A stretch of DNA of 64,000 nt from the human T2T-CHM13v2.0 reference genome, Homo sapiens. Shown here piece after piece: positions 53,902 through 64,000 of this stretch. The stretch is from NCBI RefSeq assembly GCF_009914755.1, contig NC_060947.1; one strand, given 5' to 3'. How positions within the stretch are numbered: the stretch's first letter is position 1; the number at the start of each line of letters is the position of its first letter. The translations under genes were made by a program, and so were the position numbers. The notes beneath the pieces were generated by a model, which saw only the letters and a list, made by a program, of their open reading frames with translations, had not been told where the DNA came from and made no database searches.

Positions 53902-54389
53902 GAATTTCGCTCACTCCCGCCCCGCGCATGCTCTGTGCGCCGTGGAGAGGGACACAGCCAACCGACGGCCTCGCGGCCGGCCAATCCGCGACCACGCGCT
54001 GCGACGCCTCCGCCTGAGCCCCGCCCATGACGGTGGGCGCCTGCGCCTACGCGCGCCGGGAAGCAGAAGGTGATCTCTGCCTTCGAGACACGGAGTGTGC
54101 TGCCTCAGTCTGTGATCCCTCGCGTTTCAATCCAATTCAAACCATGCTGCAGCCAATTCGTTCGCGCGTGCGTGTGCCATCATTGTGAGTGGAGGAGACT
54201 GCCCGATATGATCCCAGTCATTGCGGCGACCCCTGGAGATCTCCAACGCCTGCGTCCCCCAACCATACCCTGCCCCGCATCCACAGATATCTTCCCTTCC
54301 TTGATCGCCAGTACCTGGCACTGACCGTGCTTTGAATTCAAACACCCTGGGAGGCATAGTCCCTGTGATTTAAACTAACACTGAAGAAG

Positions 54390-55806
<1,417 letters not shown>

Positions 55807-56083
55807 CTATTATCCACATTTTTCAGATGTGGAAACAGGCTCAGAGAGATAAATTGACTTCATCTAAGCTTCCTGAGCTAGGAAGCAGCAGAGCCAGAAT
55901 TCAATACTAGGTCCATATGGACACAAATCTGTGCCGTTTCGCTGTGTCACACTGGAAAGAAGAGGGCAGTGGCGGGAAATGAGGTTGATGAGGCAGTTGA
56001 AGGCCAGGTTATGAAGGAACTTGTTTACTCTGCTAAAGTGTTTGAATCACATCTTTTCCTGGAGGCAAGCGTGGATTGGGCTG

Positions 56084-56783
<700 letters not shown>

Positions 56784-57636
56784 ATGAGTTGAGAGTCCAG
56801 GCGCCCTGGATACCCAAAGGATGAGTAGGATGAGAAGAGCAGAATAGGGGAGAAGATGTAGGAGAGAATTCTGCAGAAAGGAAAAGAGAGATGAGAGCAC
56901 AAAAATCTTCATCTTGAGTCTGGGGAAGGCCATGTCTGGTTGTGCTTTGGCTCAGGGTCCACCATCATCACTCATATCCGGGGAATTGTTGAGAACTGAA
57001 GATGAAGCAAAGCAGGCCCCTGGTGGTTGTTGTAGGCATGCCCCATTGTGGGCTGTGAAGAAAAGCTAAAGAGAACTCCCTCAGGAACCCCGGCTACCTC
57101 CTCTCTGCTTCCCAGCTGGCAGTGATGCCTAAAGGCCCTGATCACCGGGAAGGAAGGACCAACACTCGGCTTGCCTGCCCTTTGGCTATTGGATTTTCTA
57201 AGCCCCATTTTCACACAGCTGTAGGGCTCCTCCTTTAAACTCCCCAGCTCTGGCTGCTCCTCCCCTCCCCTTCGGTCCTGTAGTCTGCTTCCCTTGGGCC
57301 CTTCTTGGTGCCTTCTGGAGTCCCAGGTCTCAACCCAGGGCTCTGATGACCCAGGAAACTCCCCAGCCCAGGCTCCTAGTCCTCCTTTATAAATGGTCAC
57401 CCAGGCTCACAGCCTGAAAATAAGAGAGAGATTGGGAGGATTTTGAGTGGGTAAATGGAGAGAATCAAAGAGAGTCAAAATAATAGTTACTACTATATCC
57501 CTCTTATGTGACAGGCCCCATTCAAAACACTTTACATCGATTAATTATCTGCTGTTCCTCATTATGCATCTACCCCAATCAAGGGCTCCCATTCCCCCAG
57601 CGTCTCTCAAGGGAATGGGGTTTATAAAGCTCTCCC

Positions 57637-60370
<2,734 letters not shown>

Positions 60371-60859
60371 ACAGTAAGAATTTGTGTTTCCCAGATACCT
60401 AATTAGGCTTCTCCCACCCCATTTCTAGCTAGGGTTCTTATAAAGTAGGTGGGATTTGGGGGTAGGGGATAGAAGATTGAGACTGAGGGTTTAATCTCCC
60501 AGGGGAAGCAGGAAGGAGGAGGAAAGCCATGGGATGGAGGCTGCCCCAGCCAACAGTCATCTCCAGCTCTGCCAGCAGAGGGAGCCAGAAACTGAATTTC
60601 CTAAGAATGGCAGCTGGCCTGGCCCCTGGGATGGATAAACCCTTCTTGGAAACTAATCAAGTCAGCCCAGGATGCTGTGGAAATGACAGGGACTGGGAGG
60701 AAGGGAGGGAGCCAAGAGTTAGGATTACCTGCAGGGTCTTTGCCCTAAGTTTCACAGTCTTTGATGAAAGCCTTCTAAACCTGCCTTTCGGGGTTTGGGT
60801 GAAGTGGGCACCAAAGGATAGAGAAACCTTTGACAAGGCAGTCCCACTGCACAAAACAT

Positions 60860-61923
60860 GGCATCCTCCACTCCCTTTGGGTTACCTCAGTGGCTCTCAA
60901 GGCCTCACAATTCTGTCTCTAGCCTCATCGTCTCTCCTGAGATTTGGACCTAGATGGCAAAATGGCTATAGGACATGTCACCCCGGAAGCTCAAACTCAA
61001 CATGGCACCGAACTCACCCTCTCTCCCCTAGACCTGCTCTCTCAATATTTCCCATCTCCATGAATGGCACTACCAACCCCCAAAGTGGTCCAAGTCAGAA
61101 ACCGGGAAGTGTCTTTGAGGCCTGCCTCATATTTGCCCCTCAAGTTCAATTCATCAGTGAGTCGTGTTGGCTCTACCTCTAAAATACATCCCAAATCCAA
61201 TCACTTCTCTCCATCTCCACTGCCACCACGGTAGTCTATGCCACCATTCTGTCTCACTTGGACGACTGCACTAGCCTCCTGGCTTGTCTTCCTGCTTCTA
61301 TTTGTGCCTTTCCCCCACTATCTGATCTCTACCCAAAAACCAGAATCATCTTTCAAAAATACCAAACTGATCATGCCATGGCCCTGTCTAAATCCTTCAA
61401 AGCCCCCTCGTTTCCCTCAAGATCAAGTCCTGCCTCCTTACCATGGCTTACAAGGCCTTCCTGATCTGGCCTCTGACTACCTCTCTGGCCACGTCTTACT
61501 TCTTCACAACCCCTACACATACATGCACACGATCTCTTCTCAAACTGAACAACTTCCAGCTATTCAGATCTTGCCTCCAGGCCTCCCCACATGCAGTTTC
61601 CTCTGCCTGGACTCACCCTTTTCACCTCACTATTGTCTATTCACTCCTCTTGTCTCAGTGCAGGTCTCCCTGCTTCCAGGAACCTTCCCTGATCCTTCTC
61701 AACAAGTCATCCTCTGTGATCCCACATCCTGCCTTTATCATTGGGTTTATTCCATGGAATGTAGCTGCCTGGTTACCTGTCTGGCTCCCCCGTGATCATG
61801 TGAGCTCTGTGAAGAACATTTCTGTCTTTTTCACAGTTATACCCTCGCAGAGCTCAGAATGGTCCCTACACATAATGGCTGACCAGTAAATAGTTGTTGG
61901 ATGGATGGATGGATGGATGGATG
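60860..61923. mobile_element. L2 LINE fragment ending in (GGAT)n
   Basis: cacttctctccatctccactgccacc...cagtaaatagttgttggatggatgg. Confidence 0.75.
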
Positions 61924-63477
61924 ATCTGTCAATTAGTAATCCTAAAGGAGAGCACTGTGTGCTCTGTTAGAGAACTAGAATGAGGCCTTGGGTGGGAATG
62001 ATATATCCAAAGACATAATGAGGACCAGAAATCAGGGAAGTGGGGAGGGCCAAGCATACCCATCCCAGCCACTTCTCTTGCCAATACTACCCCTGTCTCC
62101 CTTTTATACCTGCCTCCAGATGGACCTGGAAGTAACACAGAGGATTCTGAGTTACACCCAGGAACTAGACAGCCCTCTTCTAGTCCCTTCCCAGATCTTG
62201 TGCTAGGACAAAGCCACCCATGCTTGGCTGTGAGATGAACAGGCTCCAGCCAGAGCCCAGTGTCGCTGGACTCTCCAGATGCCCTGTACCCACTTGTTCC
62301 CCAAGTCAAGGACATTTCTGGGAGCTCCCCATGAGCTCTCCTGTAGCTTCCTTATCCTCCTTCTGCAGCAGCAGAGAAACCCTCCCTACATAGCATGGGT
62401 GCCTCTCACAAAACCTGGGGTCAAGGCTTCTCCCTGGTGCCAGCCCAAGAAGGGACTCCAAGTGGGCATCTAATCCAAATAGGCGTGGCCTTTTTCCCTT
62501 CCTCTTTGGCACTAAAAGAGACAGGTAGTAAAAACTACAAGCTCTTGAGGGCAACAGGAGGGAAGTGGGGGCAAAGGTGAAGTTTTTCTACAGCCCTTCA
62601 AAGGTCTTGGCCCCTTGCCCAGATCCAAGTCAAGAACTGTTTGTTTCAGAGAACTGGCTTCCCAGCCATCTGCTCAGAGCTTAAAGAGCCTAGGGGCCCT
62701 CATGGGATGTTCTGTTCAAATTAGCCAAAAAAGGCAGGGTGAAGACAACACAGCAGGAGGGGCCTTGACCAGTCTGGGCCTCTGAAGGTGTGGAAGGAAG
62801 GGGCAGGTATATGGCACTAGGGCACATTGAGGGTATGGCAAGTCCCAGAACAGAGAGCTCTTCTCACAGCCCAGTTCCACTGATCTTAGAACCATGTCTT
62901 CCATCCTTTGTGAGCAGCTAATTTATGCCAGGAACTTTCCCCACAACAAACAAGATGTTCTCTTGTACCAGTTGAAGGAACCAAGGATTAGAGAGGTTAA
63001 TTGCCTTGCACGAGGTCATGCAGCAAGTACACAGCAGGTTCAATGAGTGTCCTCTGGTGATTGGTTGCCAAGGCTGCTAGAAAATGATTCTTCCCTTCAG
63101 TGAGCAGATAGGCAGCCTGAGGATAATAGCCAGGAGGGGATACAGAAAGTCACACTCCTTTTGCGCCTAGGACATAGCTTGCTCCATCCAGAAAAAAAAA
63201 AAAAAAAAAAAAAAAAATGTCCTTATTCCTTTGACACACACTGTCTCTGGGTTGTAGAAATGGGTCAGGCACTAAGGTCAGGTTTTACATGTGGAAAATC
63301 TTAGGGTGAAGACAGGAAAAGACTTTCTCACAGTCAGAGTGTAAGAGAACAGTTCAGATGAATGGAGCTGTCCAAGAAGCCAGGCAGATATGCAGGAGAA
63401 AGACTGACAAGGAAACCCTCTCTCCTAAAATCCCCCACAGCCATGAACATTCACATGAATTGAAAAACCAATCCTCA

Positions 63478-63807
<330 letters not shown>

Positions 63808-64000
63808 CTAGGGGGTAAGTTTGAGGACTTGCAAAAGTAGGGGGCCTTTGGGGCCAATCTTTAGTTCACCAGGGGTTCTCAAGTCTGCATTCATGTGAGA
63901 CTCACTGGGGATATCTTAAATAATAATTATGTTTGCGATATATTTATCTGACAAAAGACTGATACCCAGAATATATAAAGAGCTCCTACAAATCAATAAT

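Larger units (their letters stand above)
53600..54330 (-). promoter_or_regulatory. ERCC6L: ERCC6L CpG-island promoter
   Basis: CpG-dense; GC box CCCGCCCC (~53916), CCAAT (~53981), NRF1-like GCGCATGC and GCGCCTGCGC, CHR-like CTTGAA (53899-53904). Confidence 0.85.

Noticed and set aside
54331-54342. Palindrome TTTGAATTCAAA (two CHR motifs back to back)
   Set aside because: About 400 bp from the likely start site, farther than functional CHRs usually lie; may be chance
53774-54357. Short ORFs on both strands in the CpG island
   Set aside because: Expected in GC-rich DNA; the repetitive peptides come from the heptamer array
56972-57400. 142-aa - strand ORF near a TATA-like motif
   Set aside because: Non-ATG start, no recognisable homology and no supporting exon structure
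60529-61889. 217-, 185- and 148-aa ORFs
   Set aside because: Overlap an L2 remnant, with no recognisable domain or splice structure
63192-63217. Orphan A26 tract
   Set aside because: No attached element or TSD; treated as a simple mononucleotide repeat

Overview
Primate genomic DNA, most likely the human PIN4/ERCC6L locus on the X chromosome (recognised from the encoded proteins), very rich in Alus and other repeats. The + strand carries coding exons 2-4 of PIN4 (parvulin Par14/17; exon 1 lies upstream of the window). The - strand carries the complete two-exon ERCC6L (PICH) gene: a 68-nt first coding exon in a CpG island at about 53.8 kb and a 3685-nt second coding exon, together 1250 aa. 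The ~30-kb ERCC6L intron holds a solo HERV-W LTR (LTR17) and a ~10.3-kb HERV-F-type provirus (Phe PBS, 5-bp TSD AGTGT) inserted into an old L1, both antisense to ERCC6L. The provirus was later hit by five Alus and two LTR10-family elements. The most notable observation is that pol is fragmented while the env frame stays open for 449 codons, covering all of SU, and ends in an Alu that removed the membrane anchor. It sits just downstream of an inserted LTR10 with CCAAT/TATA boxes and a p53-like site, and behind a strong splice acceptor in phase with the PIN4 exon 2/3 donors. This is a candidate anchorless Env or PIN4-Env cassette, and there is no expression evidence for it here. Repeat family names are from memory of consensus sequences and need RepeatMasker/Dfam confirmation; boundaries of old repeats are approximate.
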